Assembly (NCBI GenBank): GCA_001662655.1
Contig: KV460261.1
Origin: Pseudogymnoascus verrucosus
Taxonomy: Eukaryota
DNA: 20,000 nucleotides
Strand: one strand, 5' to 3'
A model generated the notes under the pieces. That model did not search any database. It had not been told where the DNA came from and saw only the letters and a program-made list of their open reading frames with translations. Shown in pieces: positions 1-10,385 of the stretch (positions are counted from its first letter, which is position 1; the number at the start of each line of letters is the position of its first letter). The translations under genes and the position numbers were made by a program.

Positions 1-2493
1 TTCTTCAAAAAGGTTGAGGCGGAGGACGATGGAGGCCTATTTTTGTCTGGAGGCAGATATGAGGTTTCCCCGACAAAGAAGGCTTTAGCCGTACGGGCAC
101 CAACGCCAGATGACCTTGCTGGTGCTGCCTACGACGATTTATACAGTGCCACAGATAGCACAGAGCGATATAACGAGTCGGGCCACTCAACAAAGAGGAG
201 GAGAATAAGCGACGGGCATGCAGATACACAGGCAAGAAGTACGGGCGCAGGTGTTTCTCCTGGGGGTAAGCTGCTGCCTATAGAAAAAGCATCGTTACAT
301 ACAGGCATAGCCGCGAGGGCGGAAATATCAGAGGCGTGCACCCCCCCGCCACCAGATGCAGACAACCCTCAGCCGAGGCGGATAGGTGCATTCCTCGACG
401 ATAGCGACTCAGAAGATGACGAAGCTCCCGTGGGAATTGACGTACGAAGTCAAACAATCCAGAATGCAGCAGTGCAGGCCGAGGTTGCTCTCAGCACCGA
501 AGGGCTGCTGGGTATGAGCAAAATGGCAAAGCCGGAAGAAGGTGACTGCAATGACCTTTTCGAAGATGTTCCAGACGGCCCCACCGATAATCCAGCAGAT
601 GAAGAACAAACACCCCCCCTCAAGCCAGAAGAGACGAGCTACAGCGATTATGGTGCGTTTGAAGATATGGACGAGTACCCCGATATCGAAGACGAGTTTG
701 CTGATGGCGAAAAGTTCATGGAGAGGAAGTGGATGGAAGAGCAGGAAAAGTTCGAAAACGCCGACGCAAGCGAAATAAACGGCCCTTCCCTGAGTGATAG
801 TTTTGGCATCCCTGACGAGTCTTCAATCTCGAAATGCCCGATTTGTGATTCGGGTCTTGGGGAAAGTACTGCAGATGAAATTACGAGACATGTCAATGCT
901 TGTTTAGATGGAAATCCTGAACCACTAGCTCCGACTAAAGAGTCTACAGTATCGAGGATAAAGGTAGAACATGGAAGCAACCGATTTTCAAAGGCATCTA
1001 TTGCAAGATCCGGACAGCCAAATCCATTCCAGCTGGACATTCCGGACCCGTCGACCTCGTCAGCCTTCTCCAAACTGATGTCTTCAAAGGCGGAAGATGC
1101 GGCCTGGGAAAATGCTGCTGCCGCCGAGACTTCAGCGAAAGGCAAGCCGGCATACAAACGCGTCTGTCCTTTTTACAAAATTATGCCTGGCTTCTATATT
1201 TGTGTCGATGCCTTTCGATATGGAGCTGTTCAAGGGTGCAATGCATACTTTCTCAGTCACTTTCACAGCGACCACTATATTGGCCTGACAGCCTCGTGGT
1301 GTCACGGACCGATCTACTGCAGCAAAGTTACAGGCAATCTAGTCAAGCAGCAGCTACGAGTCGATCCCAAATGGGTTGTTACCCTGGACTTTGAGGATAA
1401 AATCGAAGTGCCCAATACACGTGGGGTCAGCGTTACGATGATCCCCGCCAACCACTGTCCAGGGAGCTCATTATTCCTTTTTGAGAAAGTGGTAGGAAAA
1501 GGTCCTAACCCAAAGGTCCAGAGGATACTCCACTGCGGTGATTTTCGAGCATGTCCTGCCCACGTGGAACATCCCCAACTGATGCCTGATATCGTCGACT
1601 CGATTACTGGTAAGACGAGGCAGCAAAAGATTGATGTTTGCTATCTCGACACTACATATCTCAACCCACGATATTCATTCCCGTCACAAGACGACGTTGT
1701 CCGGTCTTGCGCAGATATTTGCGTCAGTATGTCTAAGGATAAGGGGGATAATGCGTGGGAAATAGCTGGGAAAGATCGTGCTGGAGCAAGCATGGCGAGG
1801 TTTGTGGACACTGGGGCCAAGTCCGAGGAGTCAGGGACCAAAGCGGATCCGAAGAAGCCCCGAGGTAGGCTTCTTATCCTCTGCGGAACATATAGTATTG
1901 GGAAAGAGAACATTTGTCTGGGTATTGCACGCGCGCTAAACTGCAAGATCTGGGCGCCGCCGCGTAAACAAAAGATCTGCGCCGCGCTGGAGGACCCTGA
2001 GCTGTCGTCGCGGATGACGACCAATCCCCATGAGGCACAGATACACATGCAGTCGCTGATGGAGATCCGAGCGGAGACCCTGCAGGACTACCTGAACGGA
2101 TTGAAGCCGCACTTCTCACGGATCGTGGGTTTCCGGCCGAGTGGGTGGAACTACCGTCCGCCAAACTCGCGGCTCGTTGATAGTCCATCCGTAGCTGCCG
2201 TGCTCACGGGTGAGAACTGGCGCAGCAGGTACACGATGGCGGACCTGAGTCCACAACGTGGCAGCACGCATGAGGCGGCCTGCTTTGGCGTGCCGTACTC
2301 CGAGCATAGTAGCTTTCGGGAGCTAACGATGTTCTGCTGCGCGCTGCGGATAGAGAAGGTTGTGCCGACGGTGAACGTTGGGAGTGCCGCCAGCCGCGCT
2401 AAGATGAAGGTGTGGATTGATCGATGGCTGACCGAGAGGAGGAAGAAAGGGGTCATTCGGTTTGGAGAGGGCAAGGACATGGTGAAGTGGTGA
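1..2493 (+). CDS. PSO2: DNA interstrand cross-link repair nuclease PSO2/SNM1 (metallo-beta-lactamase/beta-CASP), 5' end outside window
   Basis: Frame 1 is open from base 1 (FFKKVEAEDDGGLFLSGGRY...), so the TTG at 43 is not the true start. Motifs: UBZ-type finger CPIC...HVNAC, CPFYK, VDAF, FLSHFHSDHY, ANHCPGS, LHCGDFR, YLDTTY, GTYSIGKE, VPYSEHSSF, VVPTVN. Stop TGA at 2491-2493. No intron needed. Confidence 0.96.
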   Translation, partial: FFKKVEAEDDGGLFLSGGRYEVSPTKKALAVRAPTPDDLAGAAYDDLYSATDSTERYNESGHSTKRRRISDGHADTQARSTGAGVSPGGKLLPIEKASLHTGIAARAEISEACTPPPPDADNPQPRRIGAFLDDSDSEDDEAPVGIDVRSQTIQNAAVQAEVALSTEGLLGMSKMAKPEEGDCNDLFEDVPDGPTDNPADEEQTPPLKPEETSYSDYGAFEDMDEYPDIEDEFADGEKFMERKWMEEQEKFENADASEINGPSLSDSFGIPDESSISKCPICDSGLGESTADEITRHVNACLDGNPEPLAPTKESTVSRIKVEHGSNRFSKASIARSGQPNPFQLDIPDPSTSSAFSKLMSSKAEDAAWENAAAAETSAKGKPAYKRVCPFYKIMPGFYICVDAFRYGAVQGCNAYFLSHFHSDHYIGLTASWCHGPIYCSKVTGNLVKQQLRVDPKWVVTLDFEDKIEVPNTRGVSVTMIPANHCPGSSLFLFEKVVGKGPNPKVQRILHCGDFRACPAHVEHPQLMPDIVDSITGKTRQQKIDVCYLDTTYLNPRYSFPSQDDVVRSCADICVSMSKDKGDNAWEIAGKDRAGASMARFVDTGAKSEESGTKADPKKPRGRLLILCGTYSIGKENICLGIARALNCKIWAPPRKQKICAALEDPELSSRMTTNPHEAQIHMQSLMEIRAETLQDYLNGLKPHFSRIVGFRPSGWNYRPPNSRLVDSPSVAAVLTGENWRSRYTMADLSPQRGSTHEAACFGVPYSEHSSFRELTMFCCALRIEKVVPTVNVGSAASRAKMKVWIDRWLTERRKKGVIRFGEGKDMVKW

Positions 2494-4071
2494 GGGAGCC
2501 GAATACCCGTATGGTTATTTTTGTATAAGACACCGGCGACATTGCCGACACTCCAACAGGACCCTCTTCTCGCGAAACCGACATTACCCCGAGTCACAGT
2601 GGACACGCGGCTTGGCCGAGTCGTCTGAATTTTTCTGTTGAGACAGGGGCTAAATCAAAAGTAATAACCAAAAGAAGCCTTTGAGACATCTGGAAGGAAA
2701 AAAAAGGGAGCTATTTGTCTGACAGTACAGTAGTGTAGCGGAGATGCAGGTGATCTCCCCATCGTGCATAGCGGGCCACGAGGGTAATACTGGGCCCATC
2801 TACATGCGCGTGGAAAGAAGCCTTTGGGAAAGCCTGGGCGCGGTTGTGGACGTCGATTGTCCCCTGGCGCCTGGGCAGGCCAATCAGGGGCTCGGCTCGG
2901 GGAACGTGGTGAAGGGGGTGGTGAGATGACAGGCTTGGCGGGTCAACGACGACATTGAAACAAGCAAAACCAAGAGACGGGAGGATATTGTGGCGAGGCT
3001 TGTTTTCTGTCGCTGGGATGGATGGGAGGGGCTCCCAGGCGCGGCAAGTGCGAGCAAGCTTTGTGGCGCGTTTTGTAGATGCTGGTCGGTGATACAAGCG
3101 GGTGTGCTACGTAGATGAGGCCGGGACGGGGCGGGAAGGCTGAGATTACGGATGCGACGGAGAGATAGGAAGGAGGGAAGTGAGGGAAACATGATATTCT
3201 GCAGCTGAATGGCGCGTTGAGACATGTCTGTGGTGAATCCTATGTATGTTTGTGTATACGAAGGTGAAGGGAGACGCGTGCAACGGCAACGACCGAAGCG
3301 CGCACGTGGGCTGGGTGGATGGCAGGAGAGCGATGGTGACACGCGAGACCAGGTGTAGGAGGCGTCGCTCTAGGGGGGGAATTTCCGAGTCCGGGCGGCC
3401 CTGGCTGACCCAAGGATTCCGATATATGACTATTTGATTTGATCCGAGTTGATTTGTGGAGATGATCTCGATCGTGTTGGACAAGACGGGAAGAAGGGGG
3501 ATCAAGCATTGAGGGAAGGGCACGGTGTTTGTTCGTTGTTGTCACGACGGCAGGAGTCGTGTGTGAGGTGTGAGAGGAGATAAATGGATGATGGACTGGT
3601 AGCTTAACAATAGAATCATGGAGTGGAGTACGTATAAGTGGATAAGTGGATGAGTTTAGATAATATTGATACCACCATCTTACGCTCGTGCGACGTCTCT
3701 TCCCGTATCTCCGACGTCTTTCTTCCCTCGTGCAAAGGAGCAACAAGAGCATCTGGAACTGGAACTCACATTATTGAAGCAAGCAAGCGATGTCTGTGTA
3801 CCCCCACCCCAGCACACCTCCATCCCACTCCAGATCTCCATCAAAACTGTGGCTTCCCCGCTAGTCACTAGCGCGTTAGCACAAATCCTCGGCAGACAAG
3901 GAGTGCAATGGTGGGGAGACCCAGTTAGCGACGGGAGCAGCACCACGTTCTTAAATGATTGGCTGAGAATCGTCGACGCAACGACGAGTCTTCAAAGGCA
4001 GGCGCAGCTCAGCATGCTCAGGATGATTCCCGTCTGGTGGGCAGCTGTGGTCAACGGAGGGGGATGGCTGA

Positions 4072-4100
4072 ACTTCCAAGACTTCCAAGACTTCCAAGAC
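4072..4100. repeat. 9-bp tandem repeat (ACTTCCAAG)x3
   Basis: Read directly from the sequence; three perfect copies. Confidence 0.9.
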
Positions 4101-4724
4101 ACCGGACACGGCCGCCACGTCCGAAATCTCTTGGCTCTCGATGGCATATCTGGAGCTGAGCACACAGGGATTGGAAGTCTGACATATCTTCAGGTGGCCG
4201 CTGTATCCGGAGGCGTTCTGAGCGAACAGAGCGAACAGAGCGATGCAAGTTGGAATGGGAATCGATAGGGGAAACAGACGTAGTGGTAGTTGACATCTCG
4301 CCATGTGGTTATATGCAGGAGGAGCCAATGAGGCGTGGTGATGGAGAAACATGTTCTGCTTCCGGCGCTGTGATTTGCTCGCGTGTGCATGGAGAGAAGT
4401 TGGGGGTTTAAGATACGGGGAGAGGCGAAGGGGGAACCGGGGCGGGAAAGGTGGGCGTAAGATGGGCGAAGTGGGCATCTTTAGAGCGATTGAGAGGGTC
4501 CGATTACTGTAATGCTGTGTGTAATGGGTGTGTAGTGGGTGTAATGGGAAAGTATACAGAGGAGGTAGACGGAGTGGGATGAAGTACCACGAAACTCACT
4601 ATATTAGCTATAATACCCAGTAGGTAGGGTATTGATTTGGTGGTGATGTGGTGTTGCTGCGGTGGTGGACGAGGCGGATCGAAGAGCGGGGTACATGGCT
4701 ATATGCGGTGGGTAGTATGGGATC

Positions 4725-4896
4725 GCCAAGTATAGTTTTCGGTTTTCCGACTGGCTCCGACCCTTCGAACAGGCGAAAATCAAAGTGCCCGCGTGCTCAA
4801 ATGCCTCATCGAGCACGTTTGCTGGAGTACCCCTTCCACCGTGCCACCGGCAAATGGGTACTTTGTCTTGGCTGTGTCTTGGCTGTGTCTTGGCTG
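4725..4896. promoter_or_regulatory. Candidate PacC/Rim101 (GCCARG) site cluster plus Pho4/NUC-1-type site upstream of the transporter
   Basis: GCCAAG at 4725-4730. CTTGGC at 4867, 4878 and 4889 inside (TGTCTTGGCTG)x3, 4864-4896. GCACGTTT at 4813-4820. Motif match only. Confidence 0.4.
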
Positions 4897-5154
4897 TGGT
4901 ACAAGCACTTTGGGGCGCAGAGAGACAGTGGTACATGCAACGGTACGCGAGGGGCCGCTAGTAAAATGTTTCGATCGCCGGAGCAAGAATCTCTGCACTC
5001 ACTGTTACCCTCAAACCAGCAGGAGCAACCCACTCTACCACCACTCACTCACTTAGTACCACTAAGGTGTGTTTGGTGACCATTTCTTACTCGTACTACC
5101 CGCCAATATCACCCCAATAACACTCCAAAATCAACTAGCACTACTCCCCACTAC

Positions 5155-5181
5155 ACTCACACTACTCACACTACTCACACT
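5155..5181. repeat. 9-bp tandem repeat (ACTCACACT)x3
   Basis: Read directly; lies in the C/A-rich proximal promoter of the transporter. Confidence 0.9.
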
Positions 5182-5555
5182 ATTTCCATCGTACACGCGC
5201 TCTACCCGTTTCAGTCCACTTCAGTCCACTATAGGCGACCCCGAAAGAAAAAAAAGAAACCCTCCCACGAGGAAATAGTTCCCACACATGTCCACTATGC
5301 CACTAATCCTCTCCATTCCGCCACTCACACGGCGAGAGCGACAGTCGTGCACCTCACCTCCTACCCCCACTCGCTCCAGGGCCCATCCCAGTCCATTCCC
5401 CGTCTCTTCCCATCATCATATAATAATCCCCTCCCCCCATCGCTGTATCACCGTCCTCCTCTCTTCTTTCTCCCTTCCTCTCCATCAACACGCCCCCGGC
5501 CCATCTCTCTTCTCGCCGCACTTCTCAGCGCAGCGCAGAGCTAGACGTTCTCAAC

Positions 5556-7666
5556 ATGTCGAACGACGACGGCCTCTACCACCCCCGCGTCCATGACCCG
5601 GCCGCGGGCACCATCCCGGTCCCCCATGGCCCGGATACTGGCACCGACCATGCCACCCTCCCATACGACCGCAATGCCGCCAACGAGAAGGCCATCTTCG
5701 ACTACCTCATCAAGCCGGATGACAGCTACAACTCCGACGGTGTGTACTGGGCCGATCTGCCGTGGATGAAGCGCGCCGCGTTCGTCAGCGCCGTCGATGC
5801 CGCCGAGGCCAGGAAGGAGCTCGGTGCCATTGGCACCATGATGAAGGCCGATCCGTTGAGCCCCATTGGCTGGTACTTCCGCAACGCGGTCCTGCCAGGT
5901 GCCGGTCTGGGTCTCGAGGGGTATGTTGCGATTTTTTCCATTGTGACTACGCGTGGTGCTGACGGATACTTAGTTACGTGCTCTTCTCCATTGGTAACTT
6001 GACCCCGCTGTTCCAGGCCGCCTGGGGTTCGTGCTGGAAGAAGTACCAGGTCTGCAGCGAGAACTGGATCGCCGCTGTCACGTACATGGAGATTCTCGGT
6101 ATCATCGTTGGCCAGGTTCTTGTCGGTGTGTTGGGTGATTGGTGAGTGCTTGCTTCGCTTCGATTGTTGTACTGGGACAATCGCTAACACACAACCAGGT
6201 TCGGTCGCAGATGGGGTCTCATCCAGGATGCGCTGATCATGTTTGGCGGTCTGCTCATGCTCACGGCCTCGTGGGGTCTCGATCTCCAGGGCTGGGTCAT
6301 CTGCTACGCCATCTCGCTCTTCTTCTACGGTATCGGTGTTGGTGGTGAGTACCCGATGACGGCCACCGCCGCCATGGAGAACGCCACCGGAGCCGGCAGG
6401 GTGTCGACCAAGGAGGATCGTCTCCACCGTGGTCGCAAGGTCACCATGGCCTTCCTCATGCAGGGCTGGGGTCAATTCTGGAACCAGGTCGTCCTCATCA
6501 TCCTCATGCTCATCTTCAACCACAGCGGCAACCCGCCGTACTCGGTCGCCATGGCCCAGTGGACCTTCCGCGTCTCCTTCGCCCTCCCCGCCCTCGGCAC
6601 GTTGTGGCTCGTCTACTACCGTACCTACAAGATGCCGCTTGCCAGCAAGCAGCTCAACATGGCCAAGAAGAAGATCAACGTGACCGGCTACGACACCAAG
6701 TCGCTCGGCCTGACCTTCACCTACTTCGGTGGCCGCCTGCTCGCCACCACCGGAACCTGGTTCTGCAACGACGTCTTCTTCTACGGTAACAAGCTGTTCC
6801 AATCGCAGTTCATCAGCGTCCTCTCCCCCCACGGAGCCACCATCATGACCGGCTGGACATGGAACTTGGTCAACGTCGTCGTCTCGCTCGCCGGATACTA
6901 CTGCGCCTGCTTCCTCATCGACAACAAGCTGTTCGGCCGCAAGAACATGATGCAGCTGGGCTTCCTCATGGACTTCATCCTGTTTGTCGTCCCCGCCTTC
7001 CACTACAAGTACTACACCTCCATCCAGGGTGTCACCGCCTTCCAGGCCATGTACTTCTTGTCGTCCTTCTTCAACCAGTTCGGTCCCAACTCGGTCACCT
7101 TCCTCATCGCCGCCGAGGTCTTCCCCACGCCCGTCCGCGCGACCGCCCACGGTCTCTCCGCCGCCGTCGGCAAGCTCGGTGCCCTCCTCGCCTCCGTCCT
7201 GTACAACTACATCGACACCCAGATGAAGTTCTACGTCGTGCCATGGTTTGGTCTGGCCGGCATGCTCCTCACCCTCCTCTTCCTCCCAGACACCACCGGC
7301 CTCGACCTCAAGGAGCAGGAGCGCCGCTGGAAGTACATCCGCAGCGGACGCGAGTCCGAGTACCACGGTGTCGCCGTCCACCCCAAGCATCTCTCGCTCT
7401 GGGAGCGTCTCCGTGGCGCCGGCAAGTACTACGACCCGGAGCTCGACTACGCCTCCAAGATTGAGGACATGCGCGAGGACTGGAGCGAGAAGCAGGAGGC
7501 TCGTCGCCAGGCTGAGGTGAACGGCGGCGTCTTCGATACCGAGGACGATTACAGCCAGCACATCCACGACCACTTCACCGCCACCACCCAGCCGGATAAG
7601 ATCGTGGCCTCGTCGGCGGCGTCGGATGAGGATGCGCTGAGGGCTGGCGAGAAGCGCGCATTGTAG
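5556..7666 (+). CDS. MFS inorganic phosphate:H+ symporter-like transporter (PHS/PHO84-PHT1 family), ~666 aa; exons 5556-5920, 5974-6141, 6199-7666
   Basis: Intron 5921-5973 (GTATGT...GCTGAC...TAG) and intron 6142-6198 (GTGAGT...GCTAAC...CAG) join the ORFs in frame (2001 nt). MFS motif GDWFGRR; GIGVGGEYPMTAT (cf. PHT1 signature GGDYPLSAT); FLMQGWG; QFGPNSVTFLIAAEVFPTPVRATAHGLSAAVGKLG. Strong C-ending codon bias. Substrate is inferred. Confidence 0.9.
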
Positions 7667-7829
7667 ATAGATAGCCACGGGCGCATTTTGTTTTGTATAC
7701 CTTTTGGATTAATGGCGCGCGCGCTTTTACTTAGCGCGCGAGCGAGCGTGAAAGAGCGCTGTTAGAGTTTTGCATAGGAGTAGTAAGTAGGAGATTAAAT
7801 ACCATATACTTCACGTTGCCTTTTGTTTA

Positions 7830-9112
7830 CTATTTATAATATAACTATGTTTATGCTATTGTCTCGTCTAGGTTCATGCTATTACTACCTAGAACCCTAC
7901 TTTTAGTTACGTTCCCTATTACCTCCCTAATATTACGTTCCCTACTATTATATTCTCTCTACTTATTATAATCTGTACCCTTACTATTACTACTATTATT
8001 ATCCCTACTCTACTAGTTTTTATCCCTACTACTATTATAAGAAGCATTTTTATTATTTTTAGTTTCTTTCTATTAGAATGCTAGAGTAGCTAAAAATAGA
8101 AGAATACTAGGTTAGGTAAAAATAGTATAATTAAATATAAAGACATAGGTCTAGGGTTATATAGGAGTTTAGGGAACTAGATTAGAAGGTAGGATAATAA
8201 GGTTATATAGTATAATAATAGGTCTACCTTAATATAGTAACTATTAACTAAAGGCCTTAGTTCTATACCTCTAGTCCCTTTTATATTAAGGCTCCTAGTT
8301 TTACTAAGCTCTACTATATCCTATATATAAAGGTGTCCTTATATAACACCCCTTTATAATTCCTCTTCTAGGGAATTACCCTTAATTCTAAGCATAAAGA
8401 TTAAAGCTAGTTATACCTCTTATTTAGGCTTATTTAGTCTATTTACTTATATATAAGGTAAGGTTATTATTATTATTAGGCTTATGCCTATTAGGGGGTC
8501 TTATAACCCCCCTTATTATATAGTTACTATAGTTACCCCTAATTATTATAAGTATTATACTTAACTTCTACTTCTATACTTCTTTCCTTCTCTTTTCTAT
8601 ATATCCTTATAACCTTACTTATTTTAGTAAATGAAAATTATACCCTATAGTACTTACTACCTTCTACTAAAAGCAATAACGTGTAAATGCCTATGTACTT
8701 ACTCTATATCCTTTATAAAAAGAATAGAATACCTATAGGGCCCCTACTATAATATACATTATAATTAGCTTGCTACTAAATGCACTATAATAGTAAGCTA
8801 TAATTACTAACTTATAGTAGTCTTATAAGCTATAGTAAGTGCCTACTATAGGCTATAAGTACTAGAATATAGTGTGTATAGTCCTAGTTATAGTAATTAT
8901 AGTACTAATTATAGGCTGTATATGCTAGAATATAGCGTACATAGTACTAATTACAGCGTGTTATAGTACTAATTATAGGCTATACATGCTATACTATAGT
9001 GTTTACTATAAAACAAAACAGGTAGAGAGGGTAGTAGATAAGCTAGGCAAAGAAGTAGATTAGCTTTAGGTACTCTAACTTATATAATTATTACCTAATA
9101 TTAAACTAGTAT
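7830..9112. mobile_element. Heavily RIP-mutated AT-rich repeat relic, family unidentifiable
   Basis: Abrupt drop in GC, extreme TpA excess with depletion of CpA/TpG, no ORF of 60 aa or more in any frame, sharp edges. Confidence 0.75.
8847..9010. repeat. Degenerate ~63-64-bp tandem repeat (about 2.5 copies) with ~21-bp sub-period
   Basis: Units begin TATAGGCT at 8847, 8910 and 8974. ATAGTACTAATTA recurs at 8899, 8941 and 8963. Copies differ mostly by transitions. Confidence 0.8.
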
Positions 9113-9300
9113 ATGTCCCTAAACGGTACAGATACAGCCAATCGGGGGTCGAGCTTACTAACGCACGTGATATTAGGCTAGGCCTTGTTAAGACTAGTCA
9201 TTAGAAACCGCTTTCTTCGTTTAGGCGACTCGAATATGTATAAGGCAAGGGCAAGGGTAGAAACGTATACTTTTCTATCTCTTCATTTCTCTAATCTGTA

Positions 9301-10359
9301 ATGGAGCGTAAGGAAGCATCAGTATCTCCTGAGCTAGAGGCTCATACAACGTAAGTCGTTTCGAACCCAAAGCTAAATTATCCTAACCTTGGAAGTCCTT
9401 ACGAGTCTCCAATCATCGTCCTATCCGTAGGCCCAAAGGATGACAACCCAGTCCTATTCCACGTTCATAAGGAGAAACTCACCCATATACCATTCTTCAA
9501 AGCGGCTTTTCGAGAAAATGCTTTTGCTGAAGGCCACCAAGGCGAGGTCAATTTCGAGGACGGAGACCCTATCTTGTTCCGTCGAGTCGTTGAGTTTATA
9601 TATGAAGGCGACTACTTTCCGCGTCAGAAACTGCTACCCGAAGCATCCCTTAGCTTTGAGGTACCACTAAGAGTTAAAGGCATAGCATTGGATAGTAAAG
9701 AGGAAGATTACGTCCCATCTCTCGCCGTTGAAATGGCGTCGGGAACATACCTTGCTACGGCCGAAACCCACCAGCTGTTCATGATGGTTTCAAAACTTCT
9801 GTGTGTTGCAGACCGTTACCTCATTGAAGATTTGGTAGAAATGAGCTTTCGAAAGTTGAAGAGTTTCCCTATTGGCACCAAAGAGCTAATTGCCCTTGCC
9901 GAACATATTGTTAGGAGCATCCCTGAAACCAGGTTCGATATTCACAAGTTTCTCGCGGACCAGGTCTACCTCCATCTTCCTCGGCTTAGAAACAGCCCAG
10001 AGTTTAGATCACTCCTAGAAAGCGAGACGTCTAACCTAGGCCAGGGGCTTATTGGATTAACTATGAACACCTTGTTATCTGGTCAAGGACGCTACTTTGA
10101 AGAAGTTCTAAAGACTAATACCAAAGTAGTAATATGTATTACGGACGTGACGGTGGATGAGTGTATAGAGAAATATGGTAGTGACGATAATTTTCCAGTC
10201 AAATTTGGGGCAGCTGTGGCCGGCCAGGTACTTATAAGTGATGGAACAGTGGACTCGAGAAATATGATGTGTGCTGAATATGTTCTTGATGGGCCGACAC
10301 TAGCCTTTCCCGCGTCTTCTTTTAAGTTGTTAGCTGAAGCTAGTTTTACAGCCAGGTAG
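9301..10359 (+). CDS. BTB/POZ-domain protein, ~337 aa; exons 9301-9350, 9396-10359
   Basis: ATG at 9301. Intron 9351-9395 (GTAAGT...CCTAAC...AAG) joins in frame to PYESPIIVLSVGPKDDNPVLFHVHKEKLTHIPFFKAAFRENAFAEGHQGEVNFEDGDPILFRRVVEFIYEGDY...LCVADRYLIEDL, a typical fungal BTB pattern. CCAAT at 9138 and TATAA at 9239 upstream. Confidence 0.85.
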
Positions 10360-10385
10360 GGCATGTTAGTTTTCACAATAAACTT

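Noticed and set aside
648..2606. Antisense and alternate-frame ORFs within PSO2 (likewise within the AKR and TF genes)
   Set aside because: Shadows of well-supported genes with no motifs of their own.
3666..4268. 200-aa plus-strand ORF and other overlapping intergenic ORFs
   Set aside because: TTG start, no recognisable domain, and many mutually overlapping ORFs in GC-rich skewed DNA.
2494..5555. Telomerase RNA, snoRNA or tRNA gene in the intergenic gap
   Set aside because: No CCCTAA template repeat, convincing C/D box pair or cloverleaf found by eye. A covariance-model search would be needed to exclude these fully.
5726..7678. 650-aa antisense ORF over the transporter
   Set aside because: Non-ATG start and no motifs. 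Strong C/G-ending codon bias on the sense strand removes antisense stops, a known shadow-ORF effect.
7827..7838. TTAC-N7-A Starship-type target motif at the core/accessory border
   Set aside because: Very likely by chance in AT-rich DNA; no captain gene or partner repeat is visible.
8326..8513. Cluster of small hairpins in the RIP block
   Set aside because: Stems are short or bulged and are expected when only G/C runs survive in TA-saturated sequence.
8847..9010. CRISPR-like repeat array
   Set aside because: Fungal DNA, contiguous degenerate units without unique spacers, no cas genes.
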